Origin: Lama guanicoe
Taxonomy: Eukaryota
Length of the DNA: 64,000 nt
Direction: 5' to 3'
Assembly (NCBI GenBank): GCA_013239625.1
Contig: MU057348.1
Location: 10,083,825 to 10,147,824 of the forward strand
The notes beneath the pieces were generated by a model. The model was not told the DNA's origin, ran no database searches, and saw only the letters and a program-made list of their open reading frames with translations. Every line of letters starts with the position of its first letter. The first letter of the stretch is position 1. The translations under genes were made by a program, and so were the position numbers. This document shows, in pieces, positions 1-12,030 of this stretch.

Positions 1-780
1 CCCACCCCCCGCCCCCCGTCCTTCCTCTGGGGCGCTCCCGGGCCGCGGGACCCGAGCCGGCCGGAGCGCTGCCCCCCGCCCCTCGCCGGCTGCCGGGCGC
101 TCGCGGCGACGCGCCCNNNNNNNNNNNNNNNNNNNNNNNNNNNNNNNNNNNNNNNNNNNNNNNNNNNNNNNNNNNNNNNNNNNNNNNNNNNNNNNNNNNN
201 NNNNNNNNNNNNNNNNNNNNNNNNNNNNNNNNNNNNNNNNNNNNNNNNNNNNNNNNNNNNNNNNNNNNNNNNNNNNNNNNNNNNNNNNNNNNNNNNNNNN
301 NNNNNNNNNNNNNNNNNNNNNNNNNNNNNNNNNNNNNNNNNNNNNNNNNNNNNNNNNNNNNNNNNNNNNNNNNNNNNNNNNNNNNNNNNNNNNNNNNNNN
401 NNNNNNNNNNNNNNNNNNNNNNNNNCCCCGCCGCCCGCGCCCCGCGCGCCCCCGCCGGAAGCCGCCCGCGCGTCCCTGCGTTGCCCTCAAGCCCGGCCGC
501 GCGCGTCCGGCGCTCGCCGCGGGGCCTCCCCGGGGAGTCGGAGAAGGGCGGGCGCGCGCAGGGCCCGAGCGCCGAGGGTGGTGCTTCTGCGGAGAGTCCT
601 GTCGCCGGGCCAATCTCGGAAGGTCATGGAAGAGTCGGGGAGAGAAGCGGCCCAGCCGGTGCAAATACTCACGGAAGGCTGGCCTAGCGCGCGGCGGCCT
701 TGCGCGACGGAGAGCCGCTCCTAAAACGCTTTCGATGCGGATTGCAAACACTGCATAGAGGAGAGGGCAACGTGGAGCCG
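1..780. promoter_or_regulatory. CpG island / promoter of an unidentified gene (117-425 is N)
   Basis: Very GC- and CpG-rich. GC boxes (ccccgcc) near 8, 74, 428 and 450; ETS-like ccggaag ~455-461; CCAAT 610-614. Composition falls to ordinary AT-rich sequence after ~1 kb. Confidence 0.85.
667..675 (-). other. Candidate 5' splice donor (TCC|GTGAGT) of a minus-strand, probably non-coding first exon
   Basis: Plus-strand actcac at 667-672 reads GTGAGT on the minus strand, at the edge of the CpG island. Exonic side is non-consensus; no transcript evidence. Confidence 0.35.
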
Positions 781-1960
781 TGTTTAAGCTTCCTCTGTAA
801 ATACAGAGGAAAACCAACCTTTGCGGTTGGATGGGGGATAAGGGGGGGCGACTGCTTAGATTTTGAGTTACCTAAAATGCCCCCAGGGCTGAGGCGCTGC
901 CACTCAGGCCTCCCTCCTCCCCGGTGCAGGGCTCCCTCAGCCCGAGAAGGCCCGAGGGGGCATTCTGAGAATATCCTGGAGCCATCTAATCTTGCCTTAT
1001 TTGTACGGAGAAAAAACGGATCCCTTAATGGGGTGAGATTTTTCCTCCTAGCATTGTTCCCATTTCCGCAGTTTCACTCGGCCTCGATTTTCTTCCAGAG
1101 TAATGCACCAAAAGAAATTAGCTGGAGAGCGTTTGATGGCGCAGAATCATGGTTTGAAGATGTTTATGCTCTATGCCGGACGCGTTTGATGATGTTCTCC
1201 TCGGCACAATTAATTTTGCAAAGTTCAGAAATGTGCCAGATGGAGCCCCTGGCACGCAGAGTCACAGAGCTCTGCAGACACACCTTCAGTAGGAAGCCAG
1301 CTTGTTTGTTTCATTTGTGATTTATCTGATGCACCAGCACCAAGGCCATCGTGTTTTTTTAGAGACCTTTGGATGAAATTCCAAAGCAATTTCTAAACCG
1401 GCAAAACGAAGCTCATTTTCTGAAATAATACTTTCCTGCTGATAATGTAACTAAAATGGAGACAGAACACCAGCAAATGCATTGATTGAAAAGTAGGCTC
1501 CCTAGATGAATTTGCGTTTCACAGCAAGACAAGGTCCTCACTGGTGTTCTAATGGTCAATTTCATCCGTGTGCATCTCTTGAAAGTCAAGACTGAATCCT
1601 TCCTATTCCCTAAGACCACGTTTGCAAAACATGCTTCTATTGTGTGTACCAGAAGCTCTGTTTAGTATGTACAACATTGATTTTTGTGTTATCCCGGTTC
1701 TTGAGTCCTTGCTGGTTTGGGAAATTTATCATATTTTAAATGTTTTTAATGGAGGAGGGGGCTCAACAAAGGCAAGAGTGCCTAGGTTCCAAGAAAATCA
1801 TGATGCAACCCCTACCTTGGGTTGAAAAATTCCTTCCTTGGGGGGAAAAAAAACTGTAGTTTTAAGCACATTGCATAGAATTCTAACTTCTGTGACTTTG
1901 TTTTATATTTAATTTAAATCTACACAACACACCTGTAAAATAGGTATTGATATGACACCT

Positions 1961-2283
1961 AGGGGTTGATCCAGATTTTATGAGGCCTGAAATTTCTGCA
2001 ATTTGGGTGGTCCTCCCAAAGAAAAAAGAAAAACAAAACAATACAGCACACCCAAGCTGCTCCGGCACCACCCAACATGAGGGAAAGTAACAAAGGGAAA
2101 ATCCAAGAGGAAAGGGACCTCAGTCTCAGCTGATTGTGTTTAAAATATCTTACTTTTGCCAATTGTGCAAAAACACGACCACGTGAATGTATTGCTAGGG
2201 TTCCTGCCAGGGCCTTGGATGGGGGTCTGGAAAGATGCCTTGAAGCTTATGCTTTAATTAGCTTGTCAGAAAACTTGCCTCCG
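1961..2283 (+). mobile_element. MER96B-like hAT-Tip100 DNA transposon fossil
   Basis: Starts aggggttgatccagattttatgaggcctgaa and ends agggccttggatggggg...gaagcttatgctttaattagctt...gcctccg, matching recalled MER96 termini. Confidence 0.65.
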
Positions 2284-3814
2284 CTGTATACCCCCATTTC
2301 ATAGGTCGGGAAACTTAGGAACTTGCCACAGCTTCTAAGGAGCACCTCAGTGTCCGCACCGTACCAAGGTCTGTTTTGAAGACTGGTGGTATATGCACTT
2401 TTTATGAGAAATCATGGATTTTATATTTCTGTAACAAAGTAAGGGCTTTAAAACTACATTAGCAATATTCAGATTATGACCAGAAACTTGATTTGCAACC
2501 CTTGAGATGGTCCTGCTATCTGGGCTGACAGTGGTAAAATTTCCTTAACTAAAGTATGAAAGGTGAAATAACCACTGGATTCTTAAAGAAATTTCAACCA
2601 AATTTCAAGTGCCACAGATTGACACCATTTTTATTTCCCTTGTCATAGACTAGTTTATGTTGTAAATACTATGTTATATAATATTTACCTTTTTTTGCCA
2701 AAAAAACCCCACAGTGTTACAAAATAAGTATCAGAACATGAATTTTTTTTGTTTGATGTTTACCTTGTATAATATGAAGAGCCTGACACATAGCAGTTCT
2801 CATTCAATGTCAAATAAATAAAGAATGAAATGGAAGTGATTAAATAATTAGAAGAAGGTAGGTTATATAATAAGCTAAAATTGAATGGGAATGAACCAGC
2901 AAAACCTTGAACTTAAACTACTTGCTGGATAAGTGGAATTGACTTCCTGGTTAATTATTTTATGCCCAAGATTTGTGCTCATCTTTCTGGGTATTGGCTA
3001 TTTTCCCTGCTNNNNNNNNNNNNNNNNNNNNNNNNNNNNNNNNNNNNNNNNNNNNNNNNNNNNNNNNNNNNNNNNNNNNNNNNNNNNNNNNNNNNNNNNN
3101 NNNNNNNNNNNNNNNNNNNNNNNNNNNNNNNNNNNNNNNNNNNNNNNNNNNNNNTGCTTAAATATTAAAAAAAAATCTTTAAGTGAAACAAAAATCATAA
3201 TCACACCTGTAATGGAAGTTTTGGAAATGAAAGGCTTTGGCCTTTGAAAAGATCAATCACTTACAAAAGCAGCAAATGTGAGATGACGGGGTTTTGTTAT
3301 TAAATTAGTCACATCTTGGCCCTTAAGTAGGCTTCCTGGGATGTGTGATTTAACATGTGTAGTGTTTATCAGTCAGTGGGACAAGATATGGCTTTGTTCC
3401 TGGAAGAAATTTTGGAACCAAATAAAAATCTACAAATTAATTGTATCCAGTGAATAGTTGAAGTGAGTGAAACTGTTCTTCACTTTAAGCCTGACTTACA
3501 AATGTGGATTTAAATTGGTTTATTTTAGAGCACAGTTTTGGACAAGATACAAAACTTTAATTAGATCTCTGTAACAAGAAGATATATGAGAGTAATCACC
3601 TAGTTTTCTCTAGATGTTATGTTCTTTACCCAAAGTGGTTTGGAATGTTATCTGAGGGGCATGAAAACTGCTTAAACACCATGAAAGATATCATCTGCCC
3701 CGGGATTCTGTTTAAAATATTCTCTTAGTTAGAAAGATTTCAAGAGTGTCATATAAACTATTTTGATAAACTATTGTATCCCCAGCATGGCCCCAACAGG
3801 ATTGTATTTTGCTT

Positions 3815-4140
3815 GTCTTTTGCTTATTTATACTGTGCCTTCTTCCAAAGAGGCTTGAGGTGGTTTACAATGAAAGACAAATATTAAAAAAAAAAAAAGT
3901 AAAACAAAACAAAACAAAACAAAACACTTCTGGCTGAGACAAACAATACCATTCAAGCATAAAACTTAGTTCCAGGCTGCCTCATAGCCAAGTGAAATAG
4001 GGGAAATGAGGGTTTTTATGACTCTCATTATCCAGTGAGTCAAGGAATCATAGAGTAGAGTTTATTTAGGAGAAAGTCTTTCCTGGCTCAAGCCTGGAGA
4101 GGAATTTGTCGTAAGGGTCCTTATATGATGGATATTCAAA
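3815..4140 (-). mobile_element. L4 (RTE-X) ancient LINE fragment containing an A/(AAAAC)n tract at 3887-3925
   Basis: ttccaaagaggcttgaggtggtttacaa and gctgcctcatagccaagtgaaatagggaaa resemble the L4 3' region. Confidence 0.5.
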
Positions 4141-4245
4141 AGTCTAAATAAGAAGTATACAACAGGCAGAACTAATGTATTTTTTCTGGTGCATAGCTTT
4201 GAAATCACTATTGTTGAAAGTAAGTAGTAAGTGCCTATAGTTACT

Positions 4246-4384
4246 TTTTTAAAAAAATTTTTTTATGTGGGGAAGTAATTAGGTTTATTCACTTATTTAT
4301 TTATTTAAATGGCAGTACTGGGGATCGAACCCAGGACCTCATGCATGCTAGACAAACACCTACCACTGAGCTATACCCTCCCCT
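4246..4384 (-). mobile_element. Camelid tRNA-derived SINE (Vic-1 type)
   Basis: Minus strand reads ggggagggtatagctcagtgg (A box)...gggttcgatccccagtac (B box)...aataaacctaattacttcccc plus an A-rich tail. TSD tagttact at 4238-4245 and 4388-4395. Confidence 0.88.
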
Positions 4385-6589
4385 CTCTAGTTACTATTTT
4401 TGAAGGCAAATCAAGGACGTAACATCAAATCTTGGTATTCTCAGCTTCTTTCTTTATAAAAAGGACTTATTCAAAGTGCCTAACAGAGGGTGGCAGGGAG
4501 GACAAATGAGTTAATTTCTATAAAACCTCTTTCTGCTCCAAGTGTTGAATATGCTATAGTTTTCCCCAAAGTGTGTACATACAGTTTTTCCTCCCCTCCT
4601 ATAATCTCTTTATTGTAACCCCTCTTAAATCCCTTTTGGTGCATGTGCCTGACACAAAGTAAGCAATAAATATTAGCTATAAATATTATCATTATTACCA
4701 TTTCTACCACCGCTTCTGTCAAAGCATGCAGATGAGCCCGTGTAGGGGCTACATGTGGTGGTGAGGTGGCTGTGAAATCTTGTTACCCTTAGTAGGTAAA
4801 GCTTAGAGGACGGTGAGGAGTAAATGAATATCCCTTTTGTTGTTTGCTTATCATCTCCTGTCCTACGTGACTTCACTCAATTGTCTGATTTGAGGAGCAC
4901 TGGGTAAGGATCCCTTCCCACAACAGGCTAACATCTATTTAACTCCCTGTGTCCTAAGACCTGTTACCTCAAGAATCTTTTTAAATTTCTTATACTTCTG
5001 AGAGGCTCAATGCCTCAAGCAGTTAAGGCCAAATCCCAGAGGCAGAGCCTAGGGGTGGGGACAGCGGAGAGAGCCACTGAAGACAGGAGAGGACACCACT
5101 AGCAAACCCTCTTTCCGGAATAAACTGCCTGCCCCCTCTGCTCTGCCTCCTTCTCCATCCCTCCCACTTGGTCCTAATGAACTGCTATCTGAGTGAATCT
5201 TCATTTCAAATCTTTGTCTTCCTCTCACGCGGTCATCTTTTTGTTTCTCTTCCTGCTTCTCCCATCTTCTCTTTTCTGCATCTGCCTGCACTCAAACCTC
5301 ACATCTTATCTCATGGTCCTCCATCTGTTCACATTTTATCTCTTCCTTTTGACTTACCAAGCCTGCTCCTCTGTCTCTGCTTTTCTCTTTCTTCCCCTGT
5401 ATTCTTTATCTGGTGTCTAGAGTCATTTAGGGGCAAAGCAAGACATTAAAATTGATGCTACGTTATTCCTTGTAGTCCATCAAAGACCCAGAATCCTGCG
5501 CTCATATTCTCAGTTGAGCTAATGGATCCCACAAAAGAGCAATTTACTCCATTCTCAGTGGTGATATTAAGCCCATTATTTAATTTGTTCCTACAGCTAC
5601 TGCACTCTGTGTGTTGCCAGAGGCATCTTGTACAGATAGTGAAAGAAGCCAAAAGATTAAGGAATTGAGTTGAGGTCAAGCCAAGGTAGTGGAGTGGTTC
5701 GAAATCAAACCCAAATTCCTTAAATCCTCAAATATATTATTCTAACTAATGCACTTAATCCACAGACTTCCATACTCTGTGTAAGACCAAAAAATCTAAA
5801 ACCGAAAGAGAATAAGTTTTTGTTTCCAGTCTCTCTGACTGTGGAGAATTTTCAGTGGTTACACATTTGCCAATAGAGTTAATTCAAGGTCTCTTAACAC
5901 ATCAGGTAGCTGAAAAATAACCAGTCAGTTAAATAATTAATTTTAATAACAGCAATGTCCCTGGGGTTTCCTTTGGGTACCTAATCTGGTACACCGTCTG
6001 GGTCTCATATCGGAAAACAAAAGTGGCCATCGCTATGGTAGCTGTGGTCGACAGGGACATTTCTTTTGATGCGGTCCCTGCTGGAACTTAAGGTAACTGA
6101 GGACACCACTCTCAAAGGAAAAGCCTGCAGCTCGGAGATTCATTTCTGTGACATGCCCAAGAAATCTGGCCGTTTTGTTTAATCACAGAATCTTATGCTC
6201 AAAGAGCTGACAGAAACCTTGCCACTACCTAAATTACCATCCAGTTCAAACTCGAGTACTCATAGAATCTCATTCTATCCACCTAAGCAGGCTGGACTAC
6301 ACCAATTCATCTAAGTTCGCCAGACTTTTTTTTAACTCTGGGAAAGAGAAACAGGGGTACATGTGACCCTCAGGTTGGGAGATGAATATTAATTGGTTAT
6401 TAACATGAGTTGTCTCAGTGCTGGGTACTTTCTTTATCTTATAGGTACTAGTCCCACTTAACAGATGGAAGAGACCAAAGCTCAAGGAAGTAAAACAATA
6501 AATATTTCAATATACCAGGTTAATTCCAAAGTCATTCTAATGATTTAGAAGACACTGACTAAAAGTAAGGTTCAGAACACTTACTTGCT

Positions 6590-6785
6590 AGTTACCAGCA
6601 ATGAACATTTTTTGAGCCCTAACAGCATGCCAGGTACTGTGCACCAATCCCTCCATCCCTGTGAGTTGCAGGGAAGGTAGTCATCCCCATTTATAAAGGA
6701 GGCCACATGGATATTGACAACAGTGTCATTCAAACCACTACAGTCAGGCTCCAACACCCACACTCCTAATTACTGGACTTCGCAT
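6590..6785 (-). mobile_element. MIR SINE
   Basis: gccaggtactgtgc...tcatccccatttataaaggaggccac, the reverse MIR core. Confidence 0.65.
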
Positions 6786-7754
6786 TCCACTATCCGTGCC
6801 AGCGTGGTAGCTAACCATTTTGCCCTTTCAGTTTCAGGAGTTTCACTGAGATCTCGCCTACAACTCGTTGCTGCTGGAGATAAGGCTCTGACAAAGCTGG
6901 GTTTTGACCCAGCGCTATACAAAGTCCACCTCAATCTGGAGTCATGCTCTGAATGTTCTCCAAACTCTCCGTAGTCGAATTTGTCCATCTCTCTGCCTCT
7001 GTTGGCATGAATCTAACTCTTTACCTCATACATCCCTGTTTCAGATGTTTTTACTCATTGAGATAAATGATGTGCTGTATCTTCTGGGTACTGAGTTCTG
7101 CCATATCGAACAGTACTGTGTCTCACAGGGCCTGGCCCATCCCACTCTCCCTAGGCTTCCCCCGCTCTGCATTGAGATCCGTGATCAGATTTTCATATTA
7201 TCAGTTACCTCTGTGGGGTTACTGTTTCCTTGAAAGTGAGTCTTTGTATTCAAACCCCCAACATCGGAGAGCATCCCCAGATACTTCCAATGGATTTAGA
7301 GAGGTTATTGTTTTGCTAATGCCTTACAACAATATCTTAATTTTACACACAGCAGTTTTGCTAGGAGTTTCTTTAAATTACACTAGAATTTTATTCAGTT
7401 ATTGAACCTTGGATTTTCAAGACATTTGTCCATCTTTAGAAAAAAAATTCAGTTAAAGAACAAAGAATGTCAATATTTCACAAATACAGTTTTCAGTATA
7501 AAGACATCAGTGAAGACTGATCAATGAGGATTCCTGTACATGGTAGAAATGCAACTGTAAGTTTGCAATGCAGGGCAAAAAGGGAAGGGGGAGAGAGTAT
7601 GAAAAAACATGAGAACTTTCAGATGGCTGTGGAGATTTGTGGTCAGAGCTGTGGAAGCAGGATCAATCCTAAATAAAGGGATGCGTGGTGGGCAGGTTTA
7701 TGAGGAAGCATAAGATGGGAAAAAAATGTACATCTGTCATCATTTTTAGATGTT

Positions 7755-7870
7755 TTCATTTGATAGTCAACAAATGTTCATTGATCGTTTACTACATACA
7801 AATGCTAAGGACACGACAGTGAGGAAAACAAACGGAGCCCTTATTTTCATGAAGTTTGCCTTCTAAGATG
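7755..7870 (-). mobile_element. L2 3' end
   Basis: tcaacaaatgttcattgatcgtttact...gcccttattttcatgaagttt, reverse of the L2 terminus. Confidence 0.6.
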
Positions 7871-8439
7871 CTTCCAACACATAGTCAGAATGTACTTTAT
7901 TAGCCTGACTTACCAAAAAACAAAACAAAACAAAAACTGCTCTGAAATTAATTTCCTACTAGTTAACTATAGTTTCCCAATGCTTTCTGTTTTTCATTTT
8001 TTGTTCCTATCACATCACTAGATTAACTTTTATACCAAAATGCTTAAAAACTTAACATTTGATTTCTCAAAGGCCCAAGGTTAATTACTGCTCGGAAAAG
8101 TATTCAAAATTAACATATAATATCCAACCTAAAAGATACAGGAAATTTGTTGTTCCTGTGATTTTAAACCTTTTTTTTAGTGGCTAAAAATCAAAATCAA
8201 ATATGCAAACATCTCAGTTGAATTAAAATCAACACTTTTTTCATTTTAGGTATTTTCTAATTGCTATTTAAGAGAGAAAGAAACTTTAAAAACTCATTTT
8301 TTTCCCAAGACACTAACACAGCAATAGATACGTATTAATATTATTGCTATTCTTAGTTCCCTTGTCTTGTATCTCTATATTCTGGTTCACTAGTTTCCAA
8401 AGCCTTTAGGAAGTTAATCAGGGTTTTTTGAAAAAAAAA

Positions 8440-8550
8440 AGAGGCTCTCTAATCAAAGAAGTTTGGGTGACAATGGGTTAAATAGACCCAAACAACTTTT
8501 TAGATCGTAGGCCATGTAGAGCTGTTACGTTCATTGTGGATCTCCAATTA
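8440..8550. mobile_element. MER103C-like hAT-Charlie fragment (related copies at ~13230-13420, ~21870-22070, ~38190-38320)
   Basis: The signature tcaaa..agtttggg..atg..gggttaaa...cattgtggatctcc recurs in all four places. Confidence 0.5.
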
Positions 8551-8734
8551 TAATATGATGTGATGTGATAATATGATATAACATTATATACAGTATACAA
8601 GAGAGTGCCCAATATTCATTCCTGTCTTTCAGTAACAATATCTTCCTTTAGGGAGCCACCTCTCCTCCATTCTCAGTCCTTCGGTTCTGGGGGGGTCCAT
8701 CCCCCATTCCCTAGCTTTAGAAATGGCCATAAGA

Positions 8735-8915
8735 CCAGTGATGTGCTGGCAGGTATTTAACAACTAATTCTTCAAAGAAAAATAGCCTCTATTTATAGCG
8801 TTTGCCAGATTCTGAGGTGTAAATACTCCCACCATGGCCAATTTCAAGCTGCCAAGGTGACATCCCTGAATGTGGAGTTGGAAAGTGACACACACAGTGT
8901 AGGAGCCTCTAGCAT
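8735..8915. mobile_element. MER63A (hAT-Blackjack), inside an MLT1-type LTR remnant spanning ~8600-9800
   Basis: ccagtgatgtgctggcaggtatttaacaac...ggtgtaaatactcccaccatggccaatttcaagct matches the recalled MER63 consensus. Confidence 0.8.
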
Positions 8916-9024
8916 GAAATCAGATACGTCCCAGACTGAGTGAATCAGACCACTTACCCTTCCGGGTGCATGACTCAAGCCAGGCCAGCTCCTTAGATCC
9001 AATTCCTTGAATTTTGGGGGATTT

Positions 9025-9390
9025 TCTGAATAGCTTTGAGATGTAGTTTACAAACCAATAAATATCCTTATTTAAAGTGTACAATTCAGTGGTCTGTAGT
9101 ATATTCACAGCAATATGCACTTATCCTCACAAATAATTTTAGAACATTTTCATTATCCACACCTCCCCCTCCCCCACAGGAAAATTCTGTAACCCTTAGC
9201 AGTCACTCTATTTCCTCTCACATCCTTCACCCCAGCCCTTGGCAACCATGACTTTTTCTACAGGTTTGCCTATTCTGGAAATTTCATATAAATGGAATCG
9301 TACAATATATGATCTTCTGTGATTGGCTTCTTTAACTGAGCACAATTTTTTCATGGTTCTTCTATGTTGTAGGAGCATGTATCCATTTTT
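9025..9390 (-). mobile_element. L1MB-type 3' end
   Basis: tttaaagtgtacaattcagtgg...tttgcctattctggaaatttcatataaatggaatc. Confidence 0.85.
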
Positions 9391-10229
9391 TAAATGATGC
9401 TATTGGCATTTGTTTAGCTACTAAAATTATTTACAGTATTCCTTTAATTAATAAATTTTATTTTTTAAAGGCAGCTTTCGGCTCACAGCAAAAGTGAGCA
9501 GAAAGTAAAGAATTCTCCACTGTTTAAAAAAGGTTGCCTGTGGAAGAGGCACTGTCTTCAGCTGGGTTTGCTGTTAGAAGGAACTGGAAAGAATTCTGGT
9601 GACCTACTTGCCATGTGGTCCATTTCAAAGGAGGCTGGCTGAGTATGCAGTCACCTCAGAGAGAGAAGGGCAGAGCTGAGAGACAAAGAGATACCAAGCT
9701 CTGGTATCACTTTCTGAATCCCTGGATATGGACCTGCCTGAGTCTCTGGACTTTGCAGTTACATGAGCCAATAAATCCCCTTCCCCATCTTGTCTCTCTC
9801 TGTGTCTCTCTCTTGTCCTTTCTTTCTTAGCTTATTTATTTTTCTTTTATTACACCTGTTTGAATTAGGCTCTGTTCCATTGAAAGAATATGACCATGCT
9901 ATTCTTTTTTTTTTTCTCAAAGAGTCTCTCATGAGACTCATATTCCCCAGAGCAACTTGGGAACTGCTGTTCTAGCTCATTGTCTGCCATACACTTTACA
10001 GGGCACTGGACCCGCTGAGGCGCATCTTTGTCTTCATCTTTACCTGGAAACCTGAATTGGTAACTGTCTTCTAAACTTCTGATGCGACTGTTCTGAGGAC
10101 TGTTCACACCCAACTTATTCAAAATGAAACTCGTATTTTCTACCAAAAGTATGCTCCTCCCATGTCCCTAATTTCCGTTAACTTTTGCACCAATTATGTT
10201 TCTGACCAGGGAATATAACAGGGAAGAAC

Positions 10230-10720
10230 ACAAAATTCTTGTCCTCATGGAGCTCTCATGCTGGAGAAAAACACACCAACAAACAGGTAAATAATACAAT
10301 GTAAATGTCAACGGGAAAGAAGTGCTCTGGAAAAAAATAAAGTGGGTTTGTTAAGGGATAGGAAATGACAGAGGGTGCTATTCTAAGTGGGGTAATTGGG
10401 GAGGCCTCCCTGAGAAGGAGTTTTTGAGCAAAGAGGTGTAAATGAAATGAGAGATGGAGCCTTGGGAATACGTGGGGGACCAACAGGTGTGTGGCTGAAT
10501 GTTCCAGAATTGCAAGGAGGCCAGGGTGGCTGGAACATGGGGAGCACGAAGAGGTTGGAGAGGTATCTGGGGGCCAGATTAGATGGAGCATTGTAGGTAT
10601 GATAAGGACTTTTTATCTTCTTCTGTACGCTATCCTTCTGGCTTATGTGTGAAGATCAGATTTTAGCGGTCAAGAAGAGAAACAGGGAGGTCATTGAGGG
10701 GCCTTTCACAGTCGTCCAGG
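10230..10720 (-). mobile_element. L2 LINE fragment
   Basis: tcctcatggagctc...gaggcctccctgagaagg...gcaaggaggccagggtggctggaac. Confidence 0.8.
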
Positions 10721-10861
10721 GGGACACCTTGCTAGGTGGACCATCATCCTTCCTGCCACCTTGGCTGGGCATCTTCTTTGACTTGCCTTCTCTTTCACTC
10801 ACGACATGCCTGCACAGATGCCCAACTGCGGGTTTTGTTTTATAAAGCACCAAACAGCCAC

Positions 10862-11255
10862 TGGAAGCAGGTTGAGTTTCCCAGGACGCAGACTTGGAAG
10901 ACAGAGATTAGCGTGGAGGGGGTTTATTAGGGAGTGCTTTTGGGATAACAGCCTGTCAGAGAGAAAGGAAGGAGGAAAGACTGGGCAGAGAAGGAAGTTC
11001 AACTGCAATGCGAGGAGTCCTGAAGCTGGGATGACCCTTCAGAGCTGTCCCGAGCTAGAGTGAGAAGTAGGGGCGTTTATACCCCCACAATAATTAGTCA
11101 CTGGATGCCAAACATCCCAGGAAGAGGGCATGACCTTGGGTAAAGGAGCTTAACAGCTGAGGGCTCTCTGCTGGCAGCCTTCCCAGTGACTTGGATAGTA
11201 AGACCTTTATTCCTGAAGGGGAGTCTGGGCACCATATCACACATCCATCCCACCA
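10862..11255 (-). mobile_element. ERVL solo LTR (LTR16-type)
   Basis: Minus strand: cccagactcccccttcagg...gggggtataaac (TATA)...gacagctctgaagggtcatcccagcttcagg...ccctaataaacc (polyA signal)...ctgggaaactcaacctgc. Confidence 0.8.
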
Positions 11256-11774
11256 TCCCTTTTTACATTTGTCACTGCAGCTGATTTAATTTCTCATTCC
11301 ACCATGCTATCTCCAGAACTGTACTCCAAGTAAAAGCCAAATTGCTCCGTATTACCCACAGAATTACATGTAGTCTCCCTAGTACAGAGTTCAGTACCTT
11401 CTAAAAGCCGAACATCATCTCCTTACTGCATGCCTTACAGTCTGTGCAGACAAGCCTATTTGGGACACCCTAAAATCCAAGCTGTTGCTGGAACCAGAGA
11501 TGCTCTGCTCTCACTTTATCTATCAAAACCCTACGCTTCAGGACTAGTTCAAATTCTACCTTTCTCCTTCCCCAGAACTTCTATTCTAGAACTCATTCCA
11601 TTCTGCCTGGCGTGAGTTGTTGATTTCTTAGCTGGGTAAGTGTAGCAATGAAGTCTTCATCATTTCACCACCACCTGCCTCAGGCCCCAGCAGCATTTAA
11701 CATCGAGGGCTCCCCATAAATGTGGGGTGACTTGTGCATTGCAGTTTTCATCAATGGCTGGACAATATCCTGAG

Positions 11775-12030
11775 ATGGCTATAGAGCAGAGTGGTTAAGC
11801 AGGGCTTCTGGATCCCTACTCCTGGGTTCAAAATTTGGCTCATCACATCCTAGGCCCATAATCCTGAGAAAATTTAACCTTTTATGCCTCAGTTTACCCA
11901 TCTGTAAAATCCTCATTTTCATAATCATAACATCGACTTCATGGGGTTGTTGGCAGGATTAAGTGAACTGATAAAAACAAAGCATGTAGGACAATGGCTG
12001 CCACTTAATAAGCACGTGTAAGTGTTGGCT
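11775..12030 (+). mobile_element. MIR SINE, near full length
   Basis: agagtggttaagc...ctgggttcaaa...gcctcagtttacccatctgtaaaat...aggattaagtga. Confidence 0.85.

Noticed and set aside
1-780. Naming the gene at the CpG island
   Set aside because: No coding exon is visible and the central 309 bp are N; any symbol would be a guess.
700-1320. 206 aa ORF at the CpG-island edge (also 481-687 and 487-672)
   Set aside because: Starts at TTG, has no recognisable domain and shows the composition of GC-rich promoter DNA.
4310-4384. tRNA-like sequence with A and B boxes
   Set aside because: It is the head of a SINE with tail and TSD, not a tRNA gene.
6770-6988. 72 aa ORF (MDKFDYGEFGEH...) as a possible endogenous viral or pseudogene fragment
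   Set aside because: No recognisable motif, and upstream frames are closed. A tBLASTx search would settle it.
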